From the human T2T-CHM13v2.0 reference genome, Homo sapiens, in the NCBI RefSeq assembly GCF_009914755.1, contig NC_060927.1: a stretch of 64,000 nt of DNA; one strand, 5' to 3'. Below the pieces are notes generated by a model. That model was not told the DNA's origin and ran no database searches. It was given only the letters and a program-made list of their open reading frames with translations. Both the position numbers and the translations under genes were made by a program. Positions 1 through 14,199 of this stretch are shown piece by piece (position 1 is the stretch's first letter; each line of letters opens with the position of its first letter).

Positions 1-367
1 CAGCTTCTTTCGCTCCAGGTGGCCCAGGTACTGGTGCTGCTGGAAGACGCCCTCCAAGGTGCAGACCTGCGCTGTGAGGAAGGCTGTGCAGATTCGCGGG
101 GCCAGCCAGGGGTTTGGCTCCTTGCTCAACCCAGCCACAGGCGTCTCTGGCACAGAAATATATGAGGACTTAACCTACTTGATGCTGACGGTGTGAGGAA
201 GCTCCCTTGTGCTGGATGCCTGGCCTGTGCTATGGACGCTCCCCTAGAGACTTAAGCAGGCCTGGAGGTGTGGATCGGCACTGAGCAGCTGCCTGAGAGA
301 GCCAGCCCACTGAGCCAAAGCTGGAGGGCTGGTGTCAGCCATGGGGCAGGACAGAGGAGAGAGGCAT
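1..367 (-). pseudogene. VENTXP4: Processed VENTX homeobox pseudogene, 5' part (continues past the left edge)
   Basis: Minus-strand translation from ATG at 367 gives MPLSSVLPHG*HQPSSFGSVGWLSQ/(frameshift)SCSVPIHTSRPA*...AGLSKEPNPWLAPRICTAFLTAQVCTLEGVFQQHQYLGHLERKKL. This matches VENTX (MRLSSSPPRGPQQLSSFGSVDWLSQSSCS...AGLSKEPNTLRAPRVRTAFTMEQVRTLEGVFQHHQYLSPLERKRL). Stops at 335-337 and 252-254; no intron-sized gap. VENTX identity is firm; the paralog number (P4, 3p24) is from memory and unverified. Confidence 0.9.
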
Positions 368-429
368 GATAGTCAGGTGGGGCTGGAAGGACACAGGATC
401 TGCTCTGTCTTCTTTCTAAAATGACGTGA

Positions 430-1358
430 ACCTAGTGCATTGAGGGAAATGAAGCTTATGTAACCCTGTGAAAAGAATAGTGGAGATCCTCAAATGTGTT
501 TTCCTAGGGCTTCATGGTTCTCAAAGGCGATGTCTCTGTTACTTGCTGATTACTGTTCATCCTGCAGCCATTCCCTACTGAAGCTGGCAGTTGGAACTTA
601 GGATCTGTCTCTCTCAGATTGGTGAAGGAAACTGGTAACTCCCAGCTAGTGACCAGATCACACTTTGGCTTCTGCTGACTCCTAAATCTGTGACATATTC
701 ACCCCCAGCTTCTTTAAAGTCATCTCATCCCTCACTTTGATTAGTGTCATAGCAAGGATGATGGCTTTCAACTTGACCACCTTCCAATTCTCCTCAAGAG
801 GCTGAAGGAAGTTCTGGATCTGACTGATGCAACCCCCAAATCAGAAAAACATCAGGGCTTTTGCCTGCTAAGTTTAGTTGATGGTTATAATAATGAGAGA
901 GACCACTATTGAAATAGGTTTCCTCATTTCATTAGAGCTCATAGAATTCTGGGGTTGATGATAGAGACAAATCGTCTACAAAATGCCTAGAAAGGAATAG
1001 TCCCATCATAGTAGCAAAGCTACACTAAAAATCAGAGTGAATTGGCCCTCAGACAATTTTGAAAGTAAATTAGAGATCATGCAATTCCTAAGACCAAAAT
1101 AGAAGGTCAGTCCGTTAAAATCTTTCTTGGTCTGAATAACTGGAAAAACACATCTCAAAAAGAATGACTTGCATTACCATCCTCAGAGCTGCTTAATAAA
1201 ATAACAAGTTGGGTCTCTCTGAAGAAGGACCATGTTATAACATCTGAACTTGGTAATAGGACTTTTCAGTCATCTGCAAGGACACCTGAGATCCTTTACT
1301 AATGTGACTGTGCATTCAGGCAAGAGACATATTTAGACTTTGCGTGCAATACTATACA
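430..1358 (+). mobile_element. ERVL (class III ERV) internal remnant, gag/pro region
   Basis: The 3' part (aatgtgactgtgcattcaggcaag...) resembles the HERV-L gag-pro junction and resumes at ~1915 after an L1MA insertion. Left boundary uncertain. Confidence 0.55.
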
Positions 1359-1364
1359 TTATTT

Positions 1365-1905
<541 letters not shown>

Positions 1906-1914
1906 CTGACTTGA

Positions 1915-2440
1915 GCATTCATTTGGAATTAATGAGAGTTCTTTGGGATTCCCAATACTTCTGAAGTCCACTGGTCATTGGGAGGCTCATGAGGATCAGT
2001 TGATAAATGGAGCTTTGTTCCAAGTCTATCTCATGGTAGGCTTAGCAGGGCCATTATTCAATATTAGATATTTTACAAATTTCCGAATGCATACTTGGCA
2101 GGATCCCCATAATGGCTTTCTGACTTAGCAAGAAAAGGCTTTTATAGTACAAAGGATCAAATGGAACTCCCTGGAGTGTTTCTTCCCCATAAGAATTATA
2201 CCCCAAAGGGATACTGCATCTATGGGAGAGTCATAAAAATTAATGCAGTTAATAAAGATTTGGAAGATAAAATGTCATACTCCCTATCACATCCTCATTT
2301 AAAGTCCTTGATTAGCCTCTGCTGAGAGCAGATGGATTTTGGAGTAGAAGACTACTGAGGACTTAATAGTGACTTTAATAATAGAGATTGTTCCAAGTGC
2401 GCTTTTTTTTCCTGGAATACATACCCTGGCACCTGTATTT
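1915..2440 (+). mobile_element. ERVL internal remnant, pro/pol region
   Basis: ORF 1943-2128 (EAHEDQLINGALFQVYLMVGLAGP...WQDPHNGFLT) resembles HERV-L GAYGGQVINGVLAQVRLTVGPVGP...WQNPHIGSLT. Downstream gcagatggattttggag resembles the RT-start DGSWR motif. Confidence 0.75.
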
Positions 2441-2569
2441 TAGTCTGAATGTTCTACTGAGTTGTGTTTCAATTAATGAATTGTTTCTTCTGCTGTGTCA
2501 AGCCTGCTGTAAAAAATCTATTGCGTTTTCTATTTTTGTTGTTGTATTTTTAATTTCTAGGCTTATTTA

Positions 2570-2655
2570 ATTTTTTTGTTTTTGTTTTCTTTGAGACAGG
2601 GTCTTGCTCAGTGATCCAGATCAGAGTGCAGTGGCACAATAATGGCTTATCACTT
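2570..2655 (-). mobile_element. AluJ-like 3' fragment
   Basis: ttgagacagggtcttgctc...gagtgcagtggcacaat, breaking off at the next Alu tail. Confidence 0.7.
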
Positions 2656-2657
2656 CA

Positions 2658-2970
2658 TTTTTTGTTTGTTTGTTTTTTGTATTTTGAGACAGAGTCTCCC
2701 TCTGTCACCCAGGCTAGAGTGCAGTGGCACAATCTTGGCTCACAATCTTGGTCACCGCAACCTCCATCTCCCGGGTTCAGGTGATTCTCCTGCCTCAGCC
2801 TCCTGAGTAGCTGGGACTACACCACACCTGGCTAATTTTTTGTATTTTTAGTAGAGACGGGGGTTTCACCATGTTGTCCAGGCTGGTCTCGAACTCTCAA
2901 CCTCAAGTGATCCACCTGCCTCTGTCTCCCTAAGTGCTAGGATTACAGGCATGAGCCACCACGTCCAGCC
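2658..2970 (-). mobile_element. AluS (Sx/Sz-like), full length
   Basis: Dimeric Alu antisense. Carries a small internal duplication (cacaatcttgg twice) and a short deletion after ggactac. Confidence 0.92.
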
Positions 2971-2999
2971 AATTAAAAAAAATAAAATTTCATTTGGCT

Positions 3000-4510
3000 C
3001 ATAAAGAACTCCAGAATGTATTAATCACAGTTATTTCCAAGTATGTACCTAATTACTTATAACTAGGTAACCTGTGGTTATAGTCTATTGCTTATTTTTT
3101 TCCTCAGGGTCTTATTTCATGATATACCTTATTTATTTAACTCTCTACTTTGTGTATGAAAAATTGTGGATGCTCTGGATGATGTTGAGGCAGATCAACT
3201 TAATCCAATCAAGGACAGAGCTGGCTCAGCCTAGGTTTTTGTAAGGCTTGGTCTATTTCTGATGTCCTTTTATTTTTAGAATATATCTCTCCAGGGTTTT
3301 CGACTGAGAGCCTAGGGACAATGCTACTTGGGAAACAAGTCTGGAATTTCAATTTTTAGCTCATTAGCACCATGAAACTGCCAGAAACATCTCTCTGCAT
3401 TTCTTAGGCTTTGTGCGTGGAATTTTAACCTCCCTGATTGAATAGCTTGATAATTCAGTAAATGTTTTTGGGGGAAACCAAAAAATGTCACTATTCTGTA
3501 TTATCTTTCTCTGGGATCTTGGCTCCTCCATTCCTGACTGCCTTTGTCAGTCCTGAATTCTATTTTTTTTTTCCCCAATTCCTGAGAGATTGGCAAAGCC
3601 TTGCTGATTTTTCTGTCTCTTTTGAGTATTCATTTGCTTGTATCCCCGGGCTTTCCATTCCTGTTCCATGAGTCAGTAGGTGCTCCAAAGAGAACAGCAA
3701 CATAGATAGCATCAGCTCACCTCTTAGGGCTTCTTTCTTTCTGGTATTTTGGTTTTCCAAGGCCTAAATGCCTTTGAAGCTCTACAATTGCTTCACAAAG
3801 ATGTACTTTGAATTGTAGCATGAGTTCTCTAATTCTTGATGAGATCATCGTTTCTACATGCTCCTTTATCAAAGGTAGATGCAGTAATCCTGATTTAGTC
3901 TGCAATGGGGCATCACTCTTTTTAGAAATCCTAGGTGATTTTCAAGTGAAGTCCAAATTGAAATACAGTGTTTTTTCTATTTCACAAAACATTCTTTTTG
4001 TATTTTGCTGTTTTTTTCTTATCATATCATCTGGGGTCAATTTACATTTTCACAAACTTTCAAATTAATGTATGTACATAGAGTTGAATAAACCTATCCC
4101 TTACATTTAATTTTTTTTCTTTTATCTGCAGTTTTTTTCCCATTCTTTCATTTTTAATATTTATATTTGTACCTTTCTTTATGGCTTGATAGCCTTATGT
4201 TGGTTTATTTTGTTTTCTAAATATCAACTCTTTGATTATCTCTATTTGATATCAGCTCATTTATTTTGTCTATTTTTTTCTAATTCATTATTTTTTGGTT
4301 TTTAATATTGTTAAATTGATTCTTCTGTCATAGTTTTATCTACTTGTTTTCTATAATTGTTTTACTTGGATGTTAATTTTATTATTTTTTATTAATTAAT
4401 ATACATACTTAAGGCTATGAATTTTTCTCTGAATACACATGCAGCCACATCTCATAGGTACTGATATGTACTAGTTTCATTAGCATTATTTTCTTTAAAT
4501 TTTGAACCTG
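3000..4510 (-). mobile_element. Old L1M fragments
   Basis: T-rich. 4400-4500 (aaggctatgaatttttctctgaatac...gcagccacatctcatagg) matches antisense L1M ORF2. The upstream part resembles L1M 5' regions, less certainly. Confidence 0.5.
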
Positions 4511-5238
4511 CAGCTATTTGGCCCATAGTAATATGTCCAGTGGGTTTAAATTTTGAATAACATTGAATGTTTATGAAGAAGGTCTTATTTTAATGGAGTT
4601 TTCAAACTGTTTAGAAAGGGACAGTTTCCATAGTAATGTGAAACAGAAATTAGTCCAAGTTTTGAGTAGAAAAGGGATCTACTCACTGTTTAAATAGATT
4701 CTGGGTTTTTATTTTAGGTATCCTTCGAAAACTTAGTGCAGTCCACCACTTAAAAATTACTCGTTTAGTTTTGGTTTTATTTTCTCTTCTGAAATAGGAG
4801 GGCCAAGAACTAGCCATGGCTACCTAGCAGTTGGGTCCATCATAGTCAAGTGAAGGGGGCCTCAATATCTGCTGGAAGTCTCATAACTTTTTGTCTTTAA
4901 AGAACTAGTAAAAATATGATTTGCGGTTGAAAGTCAGGTTTACTTCTCATTATTGTTTGTTTAGTCCTCATCCTTCAGTGACTTATAGATTCTTTGATGA
5001 TGAATGTTAATTAAAATATATTAGCAAAAAGGAACACAGATTTTTTAAAGGAACGAATAGAGATTACAGAGGGATTTATGAGTGCCCAAGACTTTGCTTT
5101 ATTTCTCATTAAGTGATTTGTTACCATATTTCTTCAATCTATTTTTTCCTACCAAACCTTTCCTTGTATTTTTAATTGTTAGTATTTACTCAAAATGATT
5201 TTGATTGATAACGTACTAAATGACATTACATAACATTT

Positions 5239-5568
5239 ACAGTCGGCCCTTCTTATCCACAGGTTTTGCATCCTTGAATTCAACCAACCACAGATTAGAG
5301 ATATTAAAATATAAATAAATGTTTAAAATAATAATACAACTCCAAAAATAATACAAGTAAAAATACATATAGCAACTGTTTACGTAGCATTTATATTGCA
5401 TTAGGTATTATAAATAACCTAGAGATGATGTGAAGTATATGGGAAAAGGTGCATAGGTCATATGCAGATACTACATTATTTTATAAAAGGAACATGAACA
5501 ACTGCATATTTGGGTATCCTTATGGGGGTGTTGGACCCAGTCCCCCACAGATATTGAGGGAAAACTGC
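5239..5568 (-). mobile_element. MER2 (TcMar-Tigger DNA transposon)
   Basis: Ends cagtcggcccttcttatccac and gatattgagggaaaactg; internal ttaggtattataaataacctagagatgat. Confidence 0.85.
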
Positions 5569-7550
5569 ACTACAAACTGAAAAGAAATGGTACTTGGCAG
5601 CTATAGAGGGCATGGCACTGGGGATAAGGAAAAGGAAAAAGCCATTGCCAGAGAGAAAACAAGGAGAAAATATATGACTAGCTCCTTACCTAGGAGGAAA
5701 ACAAAAATAGTTACTGCTTTAATTTGATCTAAGGCAAATCCATAATTGACATTAGAGTGAAGGGCATTTTTGGCTTGTCCCAGGTGATTTCATTTCAGAA
5801 ACATTTCAACTAGGGCAATAATTCATTACTTTCACTTTCTGAGCTGCAGTCAGAGCTGTGGTCAATGATATCATAAGGAGTGATCCAGAAAACAGAGTCC
5901 TTGGAAAAACAAATCTCTCTCTCTTTTTTTTTTTAAGCTATTTGCACATTTAGATAGCCTGTCATTGCACTAATTCCTGAGGAAATCAAATAAGGCAACC
6001 ACTCAATTTACTCATCAGGACACTCAGGAAGAGGCTGAAGGAGATCTCTGGGTCTGCAGGGAATAGGAAATAACAGTATAAAAAAGCAAAGTGATTGTAT
6101 TCATCAGGAAAGCTGTATTTGCTGTTTCAAGATCATGTATATAACAAAAAGGAATCTTGCTGTGAGTTTAAGATAGGTGTAAGATTCTATTGGCACAGGA
6201 GTCATTTCTGAGGGCCCTCAGACACCCATCCACCAGCTGGATTGCTCTGCTTCCTTTCAATATCTTGGTAGACCAATGCATATGGAGATTATATACCATG
6301 TATTAAGAAGCGCATGTAATTATGTCAAGAGTAGAGGTGGTTGAACCTTCAAATTCTGTGAAAGTCTCCTCATTTAAACCTTGGTTTTTTCACTTTCTTC
6401 TCTGTCCTTGACATTATAGAATTTGACAGATTCCAGTGAAAGAGGTGAAATGTTTTAAGGTGAAAGGGTGAAAGCACACAGCTAAAAAGTGCTAACCCAA
6501 ACTATTGGAAGGGAAATCTTTCTGTTTTCAACTAATAAAATTTGCTTCTTCTTTCCCCTCCCCCACTGTTTGCTGGAAAATCCTTTTTCCACATATGAAA
6601 TTTCTAAAAGTAGATGATAAATTTCCATAGGGCATAGACTGAAGGACTGTATTCTTTCTCCAAATCTCTTCTCTTTCCTGTTATCCTCAGCTCTCCTTCC
6701 ATGCACATTAGCACCTAGTGTAAGGTATGAGAAAAAGTAAATCAATTGATTTTTCAAATAATCATATACCTTTTACATCCAGATTAGTGTTTCAACCTTC
6801 CATGTGACCCTGTGTGGTGCTATAGGTATTGCAGTAGTGATGCCCATGTGAAACCATTTTGGATCCTCCCCTTTATGAACTACCTTATGCTTGTGCAGCA
6901 GAGTTTATAAAATCCTTTTAGGTAGCAAAAATCTTCATTGACTCAATATGCATTTTTTAATAATATCTATTATATCTCTGCATCTATTGTAGCTCTGAAA
7001 TATGCATAGAGAACCTACTACGAACTTGTAATTACGTGGAATGCAAATGTCACCTCCATGGCTTGGACCCCCCGCCCCCGCTCCGCCGCCCCCTGAAGAG
7101 TCTAGATCGTGATTTTTCAATGCATCAGAACTTGTTTCTATACTGAAGAGGCAGTGTTTTCTCCCACATGCCTGTCCTTACAACTTTTCTTTAAAAACAA
7201 AAAGTTCTATTAACATATTAATTAAACTGTAGTATTATGTAACATATATCAATCATATGATAGATTATACATGGTAAGAATTCCCAGGCAAACTCAATAT
7301 TTTGACAACACTTCCATTATTTTACTTTAACTTCCTCTTGGCCCCATACTTTAAGATATGTGCAGTTTCGTCTTGATTTTTCTAAGCTTGCCTATTTTGG
7401 TCTTTAAGACTTTTGTCAGTCATTATTTTACATACAGCCTTTGCCCACTCACTTCCTGGAGGTGGTACTGGCAAACAGCACATGCTTGTTTTTGGAGATA
7501 GACAAAAAACCAAAACAAAAACCACTCAGATTCATTCTAGGCAAACCAAC

Positions 7551-7918
7551 TGTATTAGTCAGCTCTCATTCTGCTAATAAAGACATACCCAAGACTGGGT
7601 AATTTATAAAGGAAAGAGGTTTGATGTACTCACAGATCCACATGGCTGGGGAGGCCTCACAATTATGGCGGAAGATGAAGGAAGAGCAAAGGTACGTCTT
7701 GCATGATGGCAGGCAAGAGGGTGTGTGCAGGGGAACTGCGCTTCATAAAACCATCAGATCTCATGAAACTTATTCACTATCATGAGAAAAGCACTGGAAA
7801 AACCCACTCCCATGATTGAGTTACCTCCCATTGGTTCCCTGTCATGACACTTGGGGATTATGGGAGCTACAATTCCAGATGAGATTTGAGTGGTGACACA
7901 ACCAGCCAAACCATGTCA
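7551..7918 (-). mobile_element. THE1 (MaLR) solo LTR
   Basis: tgtattagtc...aaagacatacccaagactggg...ccaaaccatgtca. 5-bp TSD ccaac/ctaac (one mismatch). Confidence 0.92.
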
Positions 7919-8368
7919 CTAACATTATCTGGACCTTCTGTAATAGTCACCATAGCCTTCCCGCCTTCTCACTCTCTCTCTCTCTCTCTCCTCCTCCACC
8001 CCACCCCCACCCCACTGAAATGCCATTTCTGGTTGTAGGAAACCCAGTCAGAGCCCACAACATGGCTCTCTTCTGGAGTCAAGCCCAGTAATCTCTCCTC
8101 AGTTTTTCTGGGTTACACACACAAAAATTAGTGAGACATGTTATCTCCCAGAAAAGCATGTCTTTCTATAATGGATTTGATTTTGAGAGAATCAAATGCC
8201 TTTCAAGGCCAAGTCTAGAGAATAATTTAGATGATCAGGCTGAGGAATTTCATCATTTAATTGCGTTTTTTATGTCTAAAAAGCATTATTGTGTTCCAGG
8301 CTAGGTATAGAGTAGTAAACAAGTAACATTACATCTATACATATGGAGTTTTTAATTAAAAGAATATG

Positions 8369-8680
8369 CACTTGTCCCTCAGTGTCCATGGTGGGTTTGT
8401 TCCAGGAACCCTTGCAGATATCAAAATCCACAAATGCTGAAGTCTTTTGTATAAAATGGTATAATATTTGCATCTAACCTACACACATCTTCTTATACTT
8501 TAAACCATGTCTAGGTTATTTGTAATGCCTAATACAGTATAAATGCTATGTAAATAGTTGTTATAACATATTTTTAAATTTTTTATTGTTATATTGTAAG
8601 TTTTTACTTTTTTGAATATTTTCTATCTGTGTGTGGTTGAATCTGAAGATGCAGAACCTATGAATACAGAGAGGTGACTT
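8369..8680 (+). mobile_element. MER2
   Basis: gtccctcagtgtccatggtgggtttgttccaggaaccc...gcagaacctatgaatacagagaggtgact. Confidence 0.85.
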
Positions 8681-9194
8681 TACACATACCTAAAAGTTAG
8701 GACTTTCAATGGCTTCTGCTTTTCATAGGGCTAAAATAGTGTTCATAATGTCTTTGCCAACCAGTTGTTTACCAGACCACAGTTCTAACACCTTCCAATC
8801 ACTTTGATTTGTTCATTTTCCCTAGTTTTGAAGGATAATTAAAATAAAGCCAGGCTCTATTTAAGTAGAACTGTTGCATTGGGGTTATAGCTATGCAAGG
8901 CAGTTCTTATGCCATTTTGCTTTTTGTTGTTGTTGTTAATGAGGATGACTGTTGGGGTGGCAGGAAGAGGTACAGGAATAATTAAATCTCTACATTTGGG
9001 CATTTGTGAACTGAAGTGATTTACCTGGGCATGTAATTGCCTTTTCACTTAACTTATAATTTCTAGGAAGAAATGAGAGAGAAGGAAGCAAATATTAGAG
9101 TCAACAGGAATTACACTGAATTTTTGGCTATGTCAACTCTGCTATTTAGCGGAGTATTATTGCACTGATTACCTGAAGCATTAATATTTTCAGA

Positions 9195-9592
9195 TCTGGG
9201 TCAGTTTGGATTCTTTGAGAAGTGACCCTGAATTCTGAGTACAAGAGGTTTATTGGGAGTAAATGATAAAAATGGCAGAAACCAGATAGTGCAGGGAGAT
9301 CTTCAGATGACATGCAGACCTAACAATGATTCAGTCAAGGCTCAACCCAATGGGGAGGTCTACAGCAAAGATTTTCCATAAGAGAAGCCCTGTTTCAGGT
9401 GGAAACAGCTAGGCCCTAGACAGCTACTGTGGTCAGTCACTGGCTGGAAGGGCTACAGGAAGAGCAAGGCCTCAGCTTAAGATCCTATGGGCTCCATAGC
9501 TGAATGCTGTCAGCTAACTTTGTACCTTACAGCTGAATGGTATGTTCTTTCTTGAAGGGTTGTCCAAGCAGCACACTTCCATGGCTGCCGCA
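9195..9592 (-). mobile_element. LTR16-like ERVL solo LTR
   Basis: gaggtttattgggag...ggtcagtcactggctgg...gctgtcagctaac...ccatggctgccgca; recognised by eye. Confidence 0.65.
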
Positions 9593-10539
9593 GTCTCAGG
9601 TATATCTTTCAGCCTCTGCTCTTTCATCCACTGGGGCAACTGGACCTTGCAGACTTAGGTAGAGATGTCATACAGGAATATGGAGGGTAAGAAATAGTCA
9701 AGGCTTGGCTTTGAGTCCTAAAATAGACTTTTGATATGCATGGCTGTGACCAATGTTTGAGATAAAAGTTATATTTATAAAAAGCCTATATGATAGTCAA
9801 TGAAATGTAGAATAGGAGAATTTTGTGACCAGAGAAAGGTATTGTCACCTTCTAGATGACGAGGAATTGTTCTTGCACATCTTGGTAATTTTTCCATAAA
9901 GAAGAAACACTTTTTTTTCTAATTTGCATAATTTTCTTGTACATTAGCAGGGGCTCTGCCAATACACTGCTTTCTGCTGGGAGTCTGAGAAAATCACAGG
10001 GACTTAGAAGTCTTTCCATCCAGTCAAGGTACAGATGAGTAGAGAATGTCAGGTGGATTATTTATGATTGTGGGCCTGAAGGATCCTCATCAGGTCTTAT
10101 ACAATCCAGCACAGTGCTGGGAGGTGTAGAAAATCTCCTCCTGAAGTTGAAAGCAGTGCTGAGGTTGTACTAGAGCCAGAAGACCTGGAGAGACCTGAGA
10201 GTAGAAAAAGGAGCTTTTCTAGAGAAGTAAGGAACTGAGAGCCAAAGAGCATATGAGAGTTAGTGTATGGCAAGTGGATAAGTAATGTTGACTTAGAGTT
10301 CATTTTTCCCTAATGAGTACCTAGGGGACTCAGTGACAGCTCTGGGGAGAAATGGGAAGGATCTTAAATTGATGGAAAAAACTCACATATGTCAAATTAC
10401 CTAAATTCAGTGAGGTTAAATATATGCCATTCTGAAAAATATGGGACTCAAGTATTAATAGTTGGGTGGGAGAAAAATGACAATATTTACATTTGTTTTC
10501 ACAGCTTAGTTTTTGACTTGAAAAATTAGAACCTCCTGC

Positions 10540-10660
10540 ACATTAATAAATAACTGAGGTTCCAGGTTGAAGTGAATTGCTTAAGGTATTAGAAATAGTT
10601 ATATGAAAGTACAGGACTTGGACTCAGACTTTCTGACACCAACCACAGTGTTCTTTAACA
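10540..10660 (-). mobile_element. MIR fragment
   Basis: aactgaggttcc...aagtgaattgcttaaggt...ggacttggactcagactttctgac. Confidence 0.6.
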
Positions 10661-11304
10661 TACAGCATCCTGCTTTCTTTCTGCAATCTGTTTGGAAAGC
10701 CAGCTAGCGCTGTGCAGTGTTTGGCACACAGAAGGTGCTAGATAAATGCATGTTAGTGAATGTTAATTGACTCATTTACTGCATCCATGAAGGTTGAATT
10801 AGCTGCACACACGAGGCTGAGAGGATTTAGTCCCATGCTTTAATAAGCAAACCATGACAAGCTAAAGTGCCTTAGAAGAAGGGAGAGGCAGTTGAAACCA
10901 GGATTTTAAACCATTGGAACCACTGATCTGTTTACACACATGATGCCAGGATCTCGCTAGTGAATATTACAGAAGCATTTCCACAGCCAAAGTACTGTGC
11001 ACAGAGCTAGCACCCTGCAAGGACAGCTAGAGCTGAATTTACACCTTTTTTTCAGGAGCATACCACCTACCATTTATTCCAGACAGCAGGCCTCTCAGTC
11101 CTGTGAGGCTCTTTCAGCATTCTATCTCCTTCTGCCCCCTTATGTCTACCCCACCACCATGAAGTCTGGGAGCCAGACCAACTTATTTTATATTTCAAAA
11201 GCAAAGGATTTAATGTTCTTGCATTGATTCACAAAGTAAATTTCACTTTAATATGCACATGCACACATACACCCAAAGCAAAATGTGCATTTGCTGACAG
11301 ATTT

Positions 11305-11459
11305 CTTTTTTAAATTAAAAAAAAATGTGTGTGTTTATTTTTTTAGAGATGGGATCTCACTGTGTTGCCAAGACTGGACTCAAACTCTTGAGTTTAAGTG
11401 ATCCTCCTGCCTCAGCCTGTTAAGTAGCTGGGATGACAGCACACACCACCATGCCTGGA
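11305..11459 (-). mobile_element. Free Alu monomer (FLAM)
   Basis: Single left-arm-like monomer flanked by TSD-like ttgctgaca(g/c)att. Confidence 0.85.
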
Positions 11460-11529
11460 TTGCTGACACATTTTTTAATTTGTAGATCCATTGTAAGAGC
11501 AAAAAAAAAAATAGTGTTTAAAATGAGGT

Positions 11530-11900
11530 AAAACCAGAAAAAATCCAAATGTCCATCAACAGGGGAATGGATAAAGAAACAGGTGCATTTATACGTGGAA
11601 TAGTACTCAGTAATATGAAAGAACAAACCACTTACACCTACAACAGCGTGAATGAGACTCAAAAACATTACGCTGAGCAAAAGAAGCCAGGAACACAAAC
11701 ACAAAACACTACACTTATATAAGTTTGTGGGACAGGCGAAAGAAATGTTTGGTTAAAAATAATAGAAAATTAGTTGCCTCTAGAGTGATAGTTGCCTGGA
11801 AAAGGATACAAGGTAACTTTCCGGAATGATAGAATTATACATTTAGGATCTGTGAATTTTACTCTATGTTAATTATACCTCAAAACTAATAAATATATTG
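11530..11900 (+). mobile_element. L1ME/L1MB 3'UTR fragment
   Basis: ccaaatgtccatcaacaggggaatggataaa...gctgagcaaaagaagccag...ttatacctcaa. Confidence 0.75.
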
Positions 11901-12470
11901 AATTTAAAAAGTAAAGTTCTCAAAAGAGGCTGGAGAAATGGCTGCAAATGATGTTAAGAGATGGCCACGTGGTGATTTCCATTAGCCGCATTGTCTCCAA
12001 GATGATATCTACTTTCTTTGGCAATACTGGACTCCATTAATAGAAGTGCTGGATGGTTTTATAGTGGACAGAGATTAGGTAATATAACTCTTTGAATAAT
12101 TTGTCACTGGCTCTATGGAGAATATTTTAAGTCATTTTTTAAATAAAAAAAGCTCATTGTATATTTTATGTGACAGGGAATACCAGTTTAGAGCAGGTAT
12201 ATGTCATAATAATCAATTAAACATTTAAAAAATAATTAACCCATCCTCTTATTAAAGAAACTCAGGTTCAAAGATTTCAACCTGAAGTGGTGATATTTTA
12301 GTCTTGAACGAAATCCTGGTTTTTATTTATGACTTTGCATATGATAGTACTTACTCAGTGGTTGTTATAAGGATCAAATCAAGTGTCATGTATAATAGCA
12401 CCTTGTAAATAATAAAGCATGACATAAATGTACACCACTTAAATTAATGTGGAAACAACAACAATCAAAC

Positions 12471-12767
<297 letters not shown>

Positions 12768-13099
12768 AACAATCAGACTTTTTACCTTTAAGTTAGAATA
12801 ATGCTAGGGATACCATAGGAATAACACATTAAGTAGACATACTGTTCTCCTACAGTGATTTTGACCATTTTAATGTAAAAATTGTGATATATTTACATTT
12901 GGCTAGGTATATATTATATTTACTCACCCTCACCTAACGCTCCAGTACATTTCCATTCACCCTAATCTTTAGTAATGATCTACAAAAAAATTAACCAATT
13001 ATGGTATACATCTTCATTTAAACACTATTTTGACAAGCACCAGGTACTTAGTGTGGGGTTGGTATAGGGGTACAGCATGAAGGGGAAGGATACGTTGGC

Positions 13100-13443
<344 letters not shown>

Positions 13444-14019
13444 TAAAGTACTTAGATTTTTCATTTTGCTGTGTCCACTCATTTGTTTTCTTCCTCCAAT
13501 TATTTTATGATGGTTGCCTTTGCTGAAAGTATTTTACTTCGGCTTCACAAAAAAAGAAGTATCAGGTAAGTAGAATTTGGCACCATCTGTTTGGAGCTTA
13601 GTTATGATGTATTGGTGCCTTTTTCTAGATGATAAAAATTTGGAAATGCTAAGTGCACATTGAAAGCAATATTGCAGTAATTTAATGCACAGGTGTCTAA
13701 GGCACTGCTGGCAAGATGGACAAGATAATTTAAATGCTGAATGTAACTGCCTCGGGCTTTAGGAAATTAAAGAAACCCAGTGAGAGAAGAAGTTTTTCGT
13801 TGTAATCTGTATTAATTATCTCAGAATATATTTAGTGCACATTATTTGTTAAATAGATCTAGGATTTTAGAAATAATTGAAGTGGACAGATTTTTGTAAT
13901 GCCCATGAAAGCTTAGAGGCTGTCCTCTTAAAATATTGTTCAAAATAAAATGCTGCAGAAAAGTATGACTGATAATTTGGCGATAAGGTGAAAGGCACTT
14001 TGCTAAAGTGTTTTCAAGT

Positions 14020-14160
14020 ATGGATTCTGGAATTTGACAGACCTCTCTTCAGATATTTATTCTATCACTTCCTTGGTATGTGATCTATAATTAACTACAT
14101 TCTCTTAAGCTTCAATCTTTAGTCTCTTTATCTATAAAATGGGCATATTAGTAGTAACTA
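14020..14160 (+). mobile_element. MIR 5' part (3' part resumes ~15945-16035)
   Basis: MIR core ...tctataaaatgggcatattagtagtaacta. Resumes as attgtgaagattaatgaaataa after the nested insertions. Confidence 0.6.
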
Positions 14161-14199
14161 TTTCAGTTATTGATTGTTGTGAAACAAAGCACCTCCCAA

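Noticed and set aside
5239-8680. Inverted MER2 pair as the ends of a composite transposon
   Set aside because: Each copy has its own two ends and there is no transposase remnant between them; independent insertions are more likely.
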